Source of the DNA: Chiloscyllium plagiosum
Lineage: Eukaryota
NCBI RefSeq assembly: GCF_004010195.1
Contig: NC_057716.1
Coordinates: 78,735,630-78,799,629, forward strand
DNA: 64,000 nt
Direction of reading: 5' to 3'
Shown: one piece after another, positions 25,524-38,290 of the stretch
Layout: every line of letters begins with the position of its first letter
How positions within the stretch are numbered: the stretch's first letter is position 1
Translations under genes and position numbers: made by a program
Notes under the pieces: model-generated
What the model saw: only the letters and a program-made list of their open reading frames with translations
Told to the model about the DNA's origin: nothing
Databases searched by the model: none

Positions 25524-25838
25524 GGGCGGCACGGTGGCACAGTGGTTAGCATTGCTGCCTCACAGCGCCAGAGATCCGGGTTCAATTTCCCGCCTCAGGC
25601 GACTGACTGTGTGGAGTTTGCACGTTCTCCCCGTGTCTACGTGGGTTTCCTCCGGGTGCTCCGGTTTCCTCCCACAGTCCAGAGATGTGCAGGTCAGGTG
25701 AAGTGGCAATGCTAAATTGCCTGTAGTGTTAGGTAAGGGGTAAATGTAAGAGTATGAGTGGGTTGCGCTTCAGCGGGACGGTGTTGTCTTGTTGGGCCGA
25801 AGGGCCTGTTTCCACACTGTAATGTAATCTGTATCTAA
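25524..25838 (+). mobile_element. HE1 V-SINE, full length
   Basis: gggcggcacggtggcacagtggttagc (A box) .. ggttcaattt (B box) .. V domain .. ttgggccgaagggcctgtttccacactgtaa. Confidence 0.95.
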
Positions 25839-26439
25839 AATTAAGGTGTCAGCTGTGAAAGTTGTCTCGAAATCTTTATCCTCAAAGTGAATGCAAAATG
25901 GTGTGGGGTGACTTGTCTATGAGGTCATGATGTTCTCCATGAATATAAGATCAATGTGTCTTTCCACATAAGTTGTTGTGTCACTGTATGATGGGTGTTT
26001 GAAATAGAATTATAACCAGGATTCAAAACTTGTTATGGCTGCTCATTCAGACAAACCCCCCGTATTCTCCTGATGAACATGGCTTGTTGATCTTCAATTT
26101 TATGCTTTGAATAGGAGGACCTCCGTCTCTTATTGTCATAGCGAGTTAAAAGGAATATGTTCACAGCGGATCAGACAGCATCCCTGCAGAGATAGCAAGC
26201 TAACATTCGAGTCTAGATGACTGATCATCACAGCAACATATAGATTGCTGCTTCCTTTTTCTGTAATTGAATAAATGTGTCCAGGAGATTTATTGCTCAG
26301 CCCGACCGAATGCTTTAGTCCTGGAGATGGTGGGCCTGGAGGCAAAAAAGCAACTTAATTTGGCAGGGTAGTGGCTATGGGACCAACTAACAGCTAATGG
26401 TTGTGGGTAGAATGTTACCATTAATCTTCCAGTCTAGAT

Positions 26440-26548
26440 AGTTTCTGATCAATCTGTGCAGAGTTGTTATTAAACATCTTTGGAGCAAGTGGGACTTGAA
26501 CCAAAGCTTCCTCCCAACATCCGGAAATTATCACTGAACCACAAAGCC
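26440..26548 (-). mobile_element. Short tRNA-derived SINE family D
   Basis: Minus strand ggctttgtggttcagtgat..ggttcaagtcccacttgctcc..acagattgat, similar to 28466 and 57655. Confidence 0.6.
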
Positions 26549-26560
26549 TTTTTATTTTCC

Positions 26561-26675
26561 CCTACTGCACCTAGTATTTCCAGGCAGTCTCCCATCCATG
26601 TACTAACCAAGCCTGAGTCTGCTTAGTTTCTGAAATTAAAACCGAATCATGCGTTTTCAGATGAGTATGATGTTC
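26561..26675 (-). pseudogene. 5S rRNA pseudogene or 5S-derived segment
   Basis: cctactgcacctagtatttccaggcagtctcccatccatgtactaaccaagcctgagtctgcttagtttc aligns by eye with the reverse complement of vertebrate 5S rRNA (box C ggatgggagac), with many substitutions. Confidence 0.85.
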
Positions 26676-27619
26676 TTGGTCTGGGGACCTGACTAGTTAA
26701 CACTAGTAGAGGATGAACCATCTTGGAGTCTTGATAAGAAGATGCATTTGCCTTAACACAAGATATACTTTATTGCATTGGTTAGACAGATATAATTATG
26801 AAGATGACCAGAGATGACACATCTGACTCTATCAGAATCTAGAATTCATCCGCTTGTCTCACCATGGAAGGAGTAAGCATTGGGCAGGTACAAGGTCAAT
26901 TGGAATCACATTCTTGCCTTTGTTCCTGAAACATGTGGGCTCCCTAACAACAGAAACCTTTCACTAATGCCTTGGCTTTCATAATCATGGTTACCTTTCC
27001 AGCAGTAGTCATAGCTTTCTCCATGGCCCCTTTGAGTGTGAGAGCTGATGGCTTCTGAATGACCACTGGCCTGCACTGTAAAGTAACTCTTCTGCCGGAA
27101 GTACATTGCTGTCTGCTAAACTGCTTATTGGAAGAAATAATGGAAGGCCTTTGTCCAAAAAGTCAACTCAAATGTCTTACCAGCTGTTGAGAAATGGCAC
27201 GACACATGCATCAGATGTGGAAGATTCTACCCAATGGATGCAGCTAATCCAAAAGGTTGAATTTTCACTTCAGTGACAGGAAGTGCTGGCAAACGTTCTG
27301 GGTCACAAATCACAAATCATCAGCCAGATCACCATCCTATAGGAACCAATCACTGACTAGGGATTTTCAGCTTCATAGCCACCTTGATAATTTTCAGAGG
27401 GACAGGTTTTCTGCTCAACATGGATTGGCAGTTGGGCTCTCAAAGTTGGAGGCCAATCTGAGGCCTTTGAGCATGACAGCAACAGTACATTTTAATCAAG
27501 GATAAATAACCAAGATGACACTTCAACATGGAAACACGGCCTCAACAACTTCTTTTGGAAATTTAAACTAAAACTAAAAATACAGACAAGTGGTGGGGGC
27601 AGTGAGTGAGGAGACACAA

Positions 27620-28025
27620 AGTCATAGAGATGTACAACACAGAAACAGACTCTTCGGTCCAACTCATTCATGTTGATCAGATATCTTAAATTAATCTAGT
27701 TCCATTTGCCAGCACTTGGCCCATATCCCTCTAAACCCTTCCTACTCATGTACCCATCCAGATGCCTTTTAAATGTTGTAATTGTACTCGCCTCTACCAC
27801 TTCCTCTGGCAGCTCATTCCATACATGCACCACCCTCTGCATGAAGAAGTTGTACTTTAGGTCCTTTTTAAATCTTTCCCCCTCACCCTAAATCTATGCC
27901 CTCCAGTTCTGTACTCCCCCACTCCAGGGAAAAGACCTTGACTATTTTTCCTATCCGTGCCCTTCATGATTTTATAAACCTCTATATGGTCAGCTGTCAG
28001 CCTCCAATGCTCCAAGGAAAACAGG
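27620..28025 (-). mobile_element. HER1/CR1 3' end
   Basis: Antisense FSLEHWRL..IEVYKIMKG..LFPGVGE..GHRFRVRG; gtcatagagatgtaca tail. Confidence 0.9.
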
Positions 28026-28465
28026 TGGAAAAAATTCCTCACCAGGGCAACATTTATCAGGACCTGCATACAGGTCTGGAGTCTGGAATGCTGGTCAGTG
28101 TTCAGCTCTAGGTAGTTGAACATCTCTGCTTTTGTGAAATCTGAGTCAAGATCCCATCTTCGTTCTTCAAAACCCGAATTGACTATCTGCCTTGTGAGAT
28201 TGTGCAACAATGCCAGGCCTAGAATTCACTTCTTAAAAGTGGCTGGCACTAGGAATGGGTTGAAGAAAGATGCACACCGGCTGGAATCAGTACTTCTGGG
28301 CCCTGATTATCTCCAGTGACACCCAAAAATTGCTGTTTGACTGTGATGTTCAATATTTCCTAAATAAATCTGTGGATTATCTCTAGTTCTACCATCTGTC
28401 AGGTTTTAATGAGGGAAGATCAAAGCATCTGCAAATTTTCCCAGATATCATACACAAGCCTGACA

Positions 28466-28580
28466 GGGTATTTATAGTGCAGTGATAGTGCCCCTACTCT
28501 GGACTAGGACATAAGGTTCAAGCCCCATCATCTCCAGAGCTGTGTAAAAACACCTCTGAACAGCTTGATTAGAAAATATC
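28466..28580 (+). mobile_element. Short tRNA-derived SINE family D with TSD
   Basis: tagtgcagtgatag..ggttcaagccc; flanking caagcctgaca at 28455-28465 and 28585-28595. Confidence 0.7.
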
Positions 28581-29290
28581 CACCCAAGCCTGACATTCTG
28601 GTTTTTATCCAAGCCCCTGAAATACTCCATCTAGACCTCAAAGTTTATTGCTCACCCCTCTCATAAAGCTCTTCTTGCTCCTGAATTTTTAACTTATTTT
28701 TTGTCTCCCTCCCTTTTACCCTCCAATCAACAAAAAGCACCTTTTTTCCCCTCTATCATAATCCATTTTATGGTCCTGTTGATAGACCTCAAATATCCTA
28801 ATGGAACAATCTGTTTCAAATATATTATGGAAAAGTAATTTATTCTATTCTAGCTCTTGTCACCCTTCATTTTCCTTGATTCATGCAGTTATCGTTGCTT
28901 TCTCCACCACTGCCAGCCCTCTTATCGTTTTACAGCGTTACTGTTAGTCTTTTAACTATCTCAGTCTTCTGGATATTTCAGAATATCTCCAATTCTACTT
29001 TATGTTCTGAGAATCTAAATTCAAACAATTGCAGTCGATCAACTTTCCATAGGTGTGTTTTCAAAACCAACAACTACTCTTGAAAATGTTTACCTCCAGC
29101 AGCCCTTTCATGTTCTGGCATGCTCAACAATACAATAATTAATTATTATAACTAAGCTCCAGTTCTTCTTTACTTAATTTCAAACAAATTACTCAGTTTC
29201 CTTTATTCCCCTTTGCTCCAAATTTTCATTTAGCAAATTCTAGGCAGGGAAGACTTTTCTCACATTAGAACAAAGAACATTTGTCACTCA

Positions 29291-29812
29291 GGTTGGGGTT
29301 CTGGATGTAAGTTTGCTCGCTGAGCTGGAAGGTTCATTTCCAGACATTTCATCATCCTACTAGGTGACATCTTCAGTGGGCCTCTGGGCAAAGCACTGTT
29401 GATAATTCTTGCTTTCTATTTATATGTTTGGGGTCTTTGGGTCGGTGATGTTATTTCCGGCGGTGATGTTATTTCCGGTGGTGACATCATTTCCTGTGAT
29501 GATGTCATTTCCTGTTATTTTTTCTCAGGGGGTGGTAGATGGGGTCTAACTCGATGTGTTTGTTGATAGAGTTCTGGTTGGAATGCTTCTAGGAATTCTC
29601 GTGCATGTCTCTGTTTGACTTGTCCTATGATGGATGTCCCAGTCGAAGTGGTGTCCTTCCACATCTGTATGTAAGGATACTAGTGAGAGAGGGTCATGTT
29701 GTTTTGTGGCTAGTTGATGTTCATGTATCCTGGTGGTTAGTTTTCTGCCTGTCCAACGAAGTGTTTGTTACAATCCTTGCACAGTATTTTGTAAATAACA
29801 TTAGTTTTGTTA
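29291..29812 (-). mobile_element. Penelope-like element 3' fragment (GIY-YIG and pLTR, decayed HHR)
   Basis: Minus strand KTNVIYKILCKDCNKHFVGQ; terminus cactgaagatgtcacctagtaggatgatgaaatgtc; internal 18-bp tandem ggtgatgttatttccgg. Confidence 0.85.
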
Positions 29813-29829
29813 ATGAACTTGAAAAACCC

Positions 29830-30050
29830 TCTTGAAATTGACCCGTCCACCCTGGGGAAAAAGCCTCATACTTTCCACTCACAATCTTATAAACTTCTAT
29901 GAGATCTCTGCTCAACCTCCTGCATTCCAGTGAAAACTAAACCCAGTCGAGCCAACCTGTCTTCATAGCTAACATCCCCCTTACCAGGCAACAATCTGAT
30001 AAACTTTTTCTGTATCATCTCCAAAGCATCCCCATCCGTTTGGTTCTCTA
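29830..30050 (-). mobile_element. CR1 fragment
   Basis: Antisense RDLIEVYKI. Confidence 0.7.
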
Positions 30051-30730
30051 TTCTCACCTCACTTCATTATTAGCTAATTTCATGTTTTTTTTTCCTTTGT
30101 TCAAATTCATTAAATGTTGCTGTTGGTTTATTAATACGATTATTCATAATTGAGGTCCAAACTGGAGCACATATAAGAACCACATGAGAGGAAAATTGTA
30201 GGCAAGTGAACCTTAAAGAAATGGTAGTACTTAAGCAAGAGTATCATGATGAAGATGCCAACAATTTTTGAAAGCTCTCAAAAATACTTCAAAGATTTTC
30301 AATCCATTATCTTTCTTTAAGAAACCTTGTGTGATGAGACATTAAAAAGGGGATAATGCAATTCCGTATCTGCTTAATGATAAATCAGAATCAATGATTT
30401 GCCATAACCTGATGAGAATAGAAGTGATTTGAAATCAGCTTGTTACTTTCCAAATGCTTTTTTCATTTACTGCTCCAGTTTTGCAGTGAGAATGATCACT
30501 AGATTATCAATGCCCACCATCATCTTTCCGCTGCTGACCCCTTTAGGAATTTGTACATTTACAGAAATCCCAGAAATCCAGAAGTTACCATCAGTGATTC
30601 AATGCTTCATCATCAGATGCACTATTGAGTTTCACATTTTGTGCATTCCTTAAGCAATTAAGAAATTTGCAACAACTTCCACTTTTATGCGAGTAGTCTC
30701 ACTATAAAAACGCTTGATACATACAAACCC

Positions 30731-30938
30731 TGGGGAATCGGTTCAGCTCAGTTGGCTGGATCATTAGTTTTCAGAGTAGTGTGATGCCAACAGCATGGGT
30801 TCAATTCCTATCACCTGTTTGAGGTTACCATGAAGGACTCTCATTCTCAACCTCCTCCCTTGCCTGAGGTCTGGTGGCCCTCAGATTAAATCACCATTAG
30901 TTGCTTCTCTCTTTAATGAGACAGCAGCCTTTATGGCA
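30731..30938 (+). mobile_element. tRNA-derived SINE family C
   Basis: agctcagttgg (A box), gggttcaattcc (B box), body gaggttaccatgaaggactctc..ccctcagattaaatcacc; second copy at 60643-60835. Confidence 0.75.
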
Positions 30939-32348
30939 ACACACACACACATGAGTCTTGAAAGAAATATATTAAGGTTTCTGTTGACATACCATCCTCA
31001 AAGCTACTGCTAAACATCGTCACAGGCATTATTTTAAAAAAATGTATTTGTGGAAGATTCAATGTTTCAATGATATTCCTCTTTCATGTACTTCAGCCTA
31101 CAACTTGACTTGTAAATAACTATATACATGAACTGATCAGCTGCATTTGATTCGATGTCTTGATGATTTTGTGCCAAATCCACATTTTTTGAGCTTCACA
31201 TTCCTTTTGATGTAATCAGAACCATGTATTTCAATATTTGATGTGTAAACTAAAAGTAAAATGATAAAACGCTTCAAATTTCCTGCTTTGCTCCCTGTAA
31301 GACACTTGATCTGTATACGGACATGCAGATTAAATGTCACATTACAGTTTATAACAGTACCTTGAACATCATGCATTGTTTTCTCATTAGCGTTTTAGAG
31401 GCTCCTATTCAGAGTAACTTTTTTTAATACTATGGACAAAATACTTTACAGGTCATTTATCGACAATCCTGCATCAAAAAGGTTAAGGGTTAGCGAGTAG
31501 AATCTTCAATTGCTTCATAAATTTGGCATAGTTTCTGATAATTGTTTAACTGCTTAGAGTTCCACAATGCAGCATATTGTGAATTGATGTGATCATGAGA
31601 TAGTGACATGTAGTTTGATATAACAGTCATATTAGCAGTCATGTCCAAGAGACTATTAAGAAAGAATCCAGTAGTTGGTACTCGTGAGAGTTGTATTTAT
31701 AGAGATTAGTGTTATATATAATAGCGTAAATAAGAGAATTTAACTACTCTATGAGTGTTCAATGCCAGCCACTTTTATGCAAGGGTAAACCATTTATTGA
31801 CCACATAAGAAAGATAAGGGTAGCTCTCTTTCTAGAATACAAAATAGAACTCAGAGTCAAAAGCTTCATAGTAACACTGTACAAGCAATTGGAGTTCATA
31901 TATACTATGTGAAGCATCCTTTCTGGAAGATTTTTTTGGAAATAAATGTTCATATTGGGGTCCTGGTCAGATTTGCAGTAATCTTCCCATTTTTTTCTCC
32001 AATATTTCTTCCCTAAAGCTATTGAAGATGAACAAGGAAACATCATTCCCTTCCAGCTTGTTTACCCCAGAAAACTCATCTCTTTCAATACAAATAACTA
32101 TTTTGCTCAGAATGTCTTTAAAAAAACTGAACAAATAATATATTACTGTTGATTTTCTCCTGAAGTAAACCTGAACATTTTCAAATGTAAGCTAATGCAT
32201 TTGCTACAACCTTCAAATATCTTTACTGTGCACATTAGTATTTTCTGCTGTATTCATGAATAAATAAATTGTAAACATTGTGGCCTGAGTGCCATCTTTA
32301 ATAGTTTAACATTTTCTTCTGATTTGTTGCTGGATTTTTGGTGTCATA

Positions 32349-32437
32349 AAGTGGGGTGCTGGAAAAGCACAACCTGTCAGGCAGGAACCGAGGAACAGGA
32401 GGGTTGCCATTCCAAGCTTAGGCTCTTCATCAGGAAT
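32349..32437 (-). mobile_element. Neptune-type pLTR fragment
   Basis: gtgctggaaaagcacaacctgtcaggcag..ctcttcatcaggaat. Confidence 0.75.
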
Positions 32438-32460
32438 GTGCTGAAAGATTATAATTGACT

Positions 32461-32700
32461 AGGAGAAAGTGAGGACTGCAGATGCTGGAGATAAGAGCAG
32501 AAAGTGTGGCTCTGGAAATGCACAGCTGCTCAGGCAACATCTGAGGAGCAAGAGAGTCGATGTTTCAAATGTAAGCTCTTCATCAGGAATGCTCAAAACG
32601 TTAGCTCTCCTGCTCCTGGGATGCTGCCTGACCGGCTGTGCTTTTCCAGAGCCACAGTTTCTGCTCCTATCTCCGGCATCTGCAGTCCTCACTTTCTCCT
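32461..32700. mobile_element. 240-bp palindromic PLE-derived element (two full pLTR 3' arms)
   Basis: Starts aggagaaagtgaggactgcagatgc and ends gcatctgcagtcctcactttctcct; centre is at the hammerhead (tcatcaggaat|gctcaaaacgtt). Confidence 0.88.
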
Positions 32701-32920
32701 GCTGGATTATTAGTTATAGGGCTGGATTATAAATTTTGGGTATGAGTCTGTTTCCATCTGGCTGGCTCACTTTAATGCTTCGAGTGACAGCCTTTTAATT
32801 ATTATGAGGTGGGACTTCTGTCCATTTCCAGTAGAAAGCCCTACGTAATGGAGTTCCTATCAATTGCATACCAGCAGCTCTGTTCCACACCAGGACCAGT
32901 CATTACTGCCAGTATTGTAA

Positions 32921-33030
32921 CCCTGAAGAAAGGTTGCACCCAAAATGTTGACTTCTCCACTTCCTGATGTTGCCTGGCCTGCGGTGTTCTTCCAGCCACC
33001 TGCTTGTCTACCTCGGATTCCAGCATCTGA
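32921..33030 (+). mobile_element. PLE terminus fragment starting at a decayed hammerhead
   Basis: cctgaagaaaggttgcacccaaaatgttgac..ttccagcatctg. Confidence 0.65.
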
Positions 33031-34130
33031 ATTTTTTTTTAATATCTAATTTCGTATTCCAGGAGGACCAGGAAAAAGAAATGTCATGGATGCCCCAAAT
33101 CCAGGTAAGTCCAGGAATCCACTAAGGTGGGGTTGGTCACCTCTTGCTTTTGGAGGGCAGTATGATGGATAGGGAGGAAATACTATGGGACAGGAGCAGT
33201 ATCCATCGACACAAGGTACCTGGAAAGAGGGAAAGCCCCATTGTGCCCAAGCATTGGGAACAATTGGGTGTAGGCCAATTGGATGCAGGCCTCTTCCATT
33301 ATTCCAGTAAATGAAGTTTCAGTAAGATGAGGCATTTAGTTGGCATAAATGAACAAATTAAGGATTCAATTAATCTAATGGCAGGTAGCCCACCCATTGC
33401 CCCCCTCACTACCCATAAAAATGTGGTAGGGCAATGCAGGTTACATGCACCAGCAACTACACAGCACCTTAATATAAGGGTCCATCTATTATTCCGCCTC
33501 CAAGTGGCCTGTAGATTCTGTCCATAAGGTATGATTCTGCTATTCCAGCGGGGTGTTCTAACTCACAAGAAGCATAAATCAGGGGATCAAATCTTTTTTT
33601 AAATGCACCTATTCTCATTAAGAGTGTTGGGATAATACTTATAAGTATTACCCTCTCATGATTACGAGTAGGGTTTGAAATTGACCAATTTGTTAAGAAC
33701 ATAAAAAGGAGCAGCAGGAATACAGCTGTGCTTTCTCAATTCTGTTCCAACACTACAGAAAAATGGTTGATCTAGGTCTTCAGTTCTAAATTTCCAGTCT
33801 TAACAGAGTGAATGAGTTGTGAACTTGCTGCTTCTTTTTATGAGATTCTTGCACTGGTTCAGACTGAAAAATGTGAAAATTATCTCTTTTTTTTGCTCAT
33901 TATTTTGTTTTTTTTTCAAAAGGATGCATTGAAGCCCAGGATCAGGGGCCCGGAACAAAACAAAGTGTCAACTGTAAGTTGACTAGTTGGTGAAAGCTTT
34001 TAATTTGGTTCCCTCTTGTAGGTTACTTTCAGATTTAAGGTAAAAAGGGAAAAATCTACAGGCTACTAACAAAAAAGACTGACACAACATTTTTAAAAAC
34101 CAAATTAAGAACTAAGCAATTAAGTCAGGG

Positions 34131-34245
34131 ATGTTGGGCCAGGCGATGTGTTGTAATTGCATGATGTGGGACCTTATACAGGTTCATGGTGACCATAGTT
34201 GTGGCAAGTGTTTGATGCTTGAGGAACTCCAGCTCAGCGTTGGAC
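34131..34245 (+). mobile_element. CR1 ORF1 zinc-finger fragment
   Basis: CCNCMMWD..DHSCGKCLMLEELQL fits the CxxC..CxKC zinc finger/leucine zipper of CR1 ORF1. Confidence 0.6.
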
Positions 34246-34329
34246 ATAACACATTGAAACAAATAATTCTTCTACATTCAAGAGGATGCACATCCAATTT
34301 ACTCACCTACACACAGTATTTCAGATGAG

Positions 34330-34830
34330 GTATTATTAAGCCATTTACAATTGTATCAAGACATAATTCTGAATTCCAATTCCCTTACAATGAAGGGCAA
34401 CATGTCAAATGTTTTTCTAATCATTGGCTGTACTTGTATGTTAACTTTCTGCATTCCTAGTATGAGTACACCTAAGTCCTTCCAGAGATTAATTTGTAAA
34501 AGTTCCATGTCTTTTAAAGTACTCTTTTGACAATTTTAACAAACAAAGGTGATAACTTTACATTTGCTACATTGTACTCCAGCTGTCCACTCACTTAATC
34601 TGTCCGTGTATCATTACAATCTCTTTATGTCCTCCTGACAGCTTGCATTTCCATCTAAACTTGTGTCACTCATAAGGTTTGTTGCATTATTCCCTGTCTC
34701 TTGATCGACATTATTAATACAAACTGTTCAAGCCCCAGCACTGATTCTTAAGAAGTACAAATAATCATCGCCTGCCAACTCAAACATTTCTTGTTCATCC
34801 TTATTGTCTGATTCCTTTCTGTTAAACATT
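34330..34830 (-). mobile_element. Old CR1 RT fragment
   Basis: Antisense motifs (cccttacaatgaagggcaacatg; tttgctacattgtactccagctg; aagccccagcactga). Confidence 0.6.
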
Positions 34831-35330
34831 CAACAGAAGCCTTGCTTGAAGAAGAGTATAATTGTTAGCAGTGAAATTGTGTTTAAAACGGCTGACAAAT
34901 AACAACTGGTGACAGCAGAGGTGAGATCATTATCATTCTTGGACCAAAAGCTATTAAAAGCTAATTTATAAGGAAAGAAAAAGCAATACTGTGAACACTG
35001 GGTCAGAAATCAATTCCCAAAAGTGCAAGAAACAGGACACCAAGAAAGATAGATAGAACAATGGAAAGAATAGGGTTCTCAAGAAAGCTGAAGAGGAAGA
35101 TGTATTTGCATCGAGAGTTCTGCTTAAACTGGGATCAGGAAAGCAGTTGGAGGCTGCAGACAATAAGTATCAGTCAGAGATTGAAATATAGGCAGGTGGT
35201 AAATCGATAACACCATAAACTTTTGGAAGGTTAACAGTGACGTCTGTTTTTTAAAGATTAAGGAATAAAGTAAGATGAATTTGTGAATGGTATCGTTTTG
35301 CCTGAATAATATCACAGGTTGAATAAAGAT

Positions 35331-35631
35331 ATGATTTGATTCCCTACAGTGTGGAAACTGGCCCTTTGGCCCAACAAGTCCACACCGACCCTCCAATGAG
35401 TAACCCACCCAGACCCATTTCCCTCTGATTAATGCACCTAACCTATGGGCAATTTAGTATGGCCAATTCACCTGATCTGCGCACCTTTGGATTGTGGGAG
35501 GAAACCGGAACACCCCGAGGAAACCCACGCAGACAATGCGCAAACTCCACACAGACAGTCACCCCAGGCTGGAATCGAACCTGGGACCCTAGTGCTGTGA
35601 AGCCACTAACCACTGAGCCACTGTGCTGCCC
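35331..35631 (-). mobile_element. HE1 V-SINE
   Basis: Tail, V domain and head all recognisable. Confidence 0.9.
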
Positions 35632-36554
35632 CACAGTCCTTTCGTCACAAAGAAATGGAGTACTGCTGATAAGATAACATCACATCAAAATATCTTCTTA
35701 AACTCATCAAGACAATTACGATAAATATCAATGTGAAGGGGAAACAATCTTGATATTGTAAGAGAAAAGAGTGCTATTGATTAATGGTGGACTGTTGTGG
35801 AGGCATTGCCACAGAAGATGGAGCAATTAGATGGAGATTGGTGTGTCCTTTAACTGTCAAGCTTTGTTTAAATTTTAAACTCGGCAGATTGACACTGATT
35901 CAGTAAGGCATGCCCTGACAAATTAACTACAGAAATGCCTGATAGCTATTTTGTATAGTTGAAACAGACACTGTTTTTACAGTTTGTAAATGTTCTTTTT
36001 ATCTGCAAAGAACAGAATTCAATATCATAAATTATGCAGCTGCCAGTACTTGCAAGTGTGCTGCATAAAGTTTGGCAGTGAACCATCGAACTCATGCTTT
36101 CTCATTGGCAAGTCTCTATCAATCAATGTCCACTTGCCAACTAATTAGAAATCTTCTCTCATACAGCATAAGTGTTGCCTTTTCTTTACATTTGCTATTT
36201 CTTACCCACTGTTCTGTTGAGTACAAGATGAAAACATTTGACAAAACATTTTTGAGTAAAGACAAGTACAGAATCTGGTGTACACACTTAAGTATTTCCA
36301 GCAAAAAAAAGGGTGAATAAGGTTTGTGAGAAGGACAAGTTTGCACATTGAACCCATAACTAAAACATACAAATGAAAAACATGACATACCTCTGGAATG
36401 GGGCTCGAACACACTTAAAGCTAAGTGTGTTACCAGTAAACCTAAGGGTTTCTTTGCTTATGTCTTTTAATAAGCACTGTGTACTATTTACAAAATGCAC
36501 TCAGAAATTCACAAATATTGCTAAGACAGCACTTTTCAAACCCATAACCTCTTG

Positions 36555-36835
36555 CATCTAGAAAGATAAAGGCTGATAATAGATGGGAACACTATCTCTT
36601 GAGAATTCCTTTCCAAAACACTTACCATCTCAATTGAAATTAGATCATCATTCCCTCACTGCCACTTTGTGAAATCCTGAAACTCCCTCCCTAATAGCAT
36701 TGTGCATGTGCCTGCAACAAATGGGCTGTAGCAGTTCAAGAAGGTAGCTTGGCACCACCTTCTCAAGGGCAATTCGGGATGGCCAAGAAATCTAGGCCAA
36801 CCAGTGAAGCCATATCCCCTGAATGAATTAAAAAA
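36555..36835 (+). mobile_element. 3' end of the second LINE family
   Basis: gcagttcaagaaggtagct..caccaccttctcaagggcaattcgggatgg..atcccctgaatgaattaaaaaa. Confidence 0.7.
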
Positions 36836-37536
36836 TGGCCATAACATAATCCACAATCATGGAGGAAAATTTCATAGACCAGCTAAACATGGAGGGTGTG
36901 GAAGTTCCTCCTGTTAAAGCATCTCAGTGTTGCTGTGAAGATCATATCAGCACAACCCAAGTTGAAATCCAGAGATGGAAAGAAGCACAATTCATTTTGT
37001 GTCTGCAAGCCAGGCCAGTCACTGATCAATTATCTTGTTTGGCATGAGTATTGTCCAACTCTTGCTGCATTTGGACATGGGCTGCTTCAATATATGATGA
37101 GTCACAAAATGTACTGAACATTTTGCAATTATCAGCAAACATCCCCACTTCTAACATTAAGATGGATAGAAGCTAATTGAAAAAGCAGTTGAAGATAATT
37201 GGTCCGAGGACATTATCTTAATGACCTCCTGCAGAGAGGTCCTGGAGCTGAGATAACTGACTTCCGACAACCACAACCATCTTTGTTTGTGCCAGATATT
37301 ATACCAATGATGCAGAAATACAGTAGAAATTAAAGTCTGGTTTCTTTGGGTGCACAAAAAGGTGCAGCAAGATAATGCAAGGCTGCAAGCATCCAGATGG
37401 AATCATACTGAGTGAGTATTATGGTGCAGCACTAGCATGATAGCTGCTGTGCAGATGGATGTGCAGCACTGAAATACAGAAACACTCAGTTAGTGGAATA
37501 GACATGGACTACAAGAGTTCATACAAGTTGGTACTT

Positions 37537-37957
37537 AAGAACATAAGAAATAGGAACAGGTGAAGGCCATGTGGTATCTTGAGCAGCTCCATTATTGAAT
37601 ACGATCATGGTTGATTTGACATTCCTCACATTCACTCTCCTGTCCTTTCCTTGTAACTCTTCATTCCCATCCACACTGCATTGCTTAAACTTCCATCTTG
37701 CAAATAGCAACAGATGCTCCCCCCTTGTAGGACAGAGTCAAACAAGAGGTCAGAGGTACAGAGTGAGAGGAGGTAGGTTCAAATCTGAGATAAGGAGAAA
37801 CTACTTGTGAATCTGTACAACTCTCTGCTCTGAATGCAGAATCAATCAACAGATTCAAGAAAGAAACCAGGATAAAATCAACCATGATCATGCTAAATGG
37901 TGGAGCAGGCTTGAAGGGCTGAATTGCGTAATCCTGCTTCTAATTCCTATGTTCCTA
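37537..37957. mobile_element. Two CR1 3' ends head-to-head (minus ~37537-37690, plus ~37710-37957)
   Basis: Left tail aagaacataagaaatagg..gatcatggttgatt; right aatcaaccatgatc..taattcctatgttcc. Confidence 0.7.
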
Positions 37958-37964
37958 ACATCCT

Positions 37965-38290
37965 AACCACTTGACAGCCTGCCCGCTTCAAAACTTGGCA
38001 TCCTACTCATCTGGCATTCAATCCTATATCCAGCTGGTACTCTAATCATCTGGCATCTTACACCTTGTGCCCTATCCCTTACCTATCTTGTATGTTATCC
38101 CTTGCACACTACTTCCTTCCCAGTTGGCACCCTTCATGGCTGGCATCTGATGAACATTACCCCTCCCTAGCTGGTATGCTATGAAGAGGCTCCATACTTT
38201 CCTGGCATCCTACCACCAATATCCATCTGGCAATGTACCCTCCCAGCCCTCCATTTCCCTTACCTTAAATCCTATCATTTGACAACAACT
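37965..38290 (+). repeat. Degenerate pyrimidine-rich tandem repeat (ctggcatc-like unit)
   Basis: Recurring tggcatc / tggcacc / tggtac motifs every ~15-35 bp. Confidence 0.5.

Noticed and set aside
25524-25600. tRNA genes suggested by A/B boxes
   Set aside because: They are SINE heads with no complete cloverleaf or terminator, and they continue into SINE bodies.
26880-27240. Possible transposase or Myb-like relic
   Set aside because: Similarity is too weak to support by eye.
29443-29515. Short direct repeats as a CRISPR-like array
   Set aside because: Adjacent 18-bp tandem units without spacers inside a PLE 3' region, in a eukaryotic context.
33063-33104. 42-nt plus-strand exon-like segment (ag|gaggac..ccag|gtaagt)
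   Set aside because: The acceptor derives partly from a PLE tail, the surroundings look repeat-derived, and the peptide is unrecognised.
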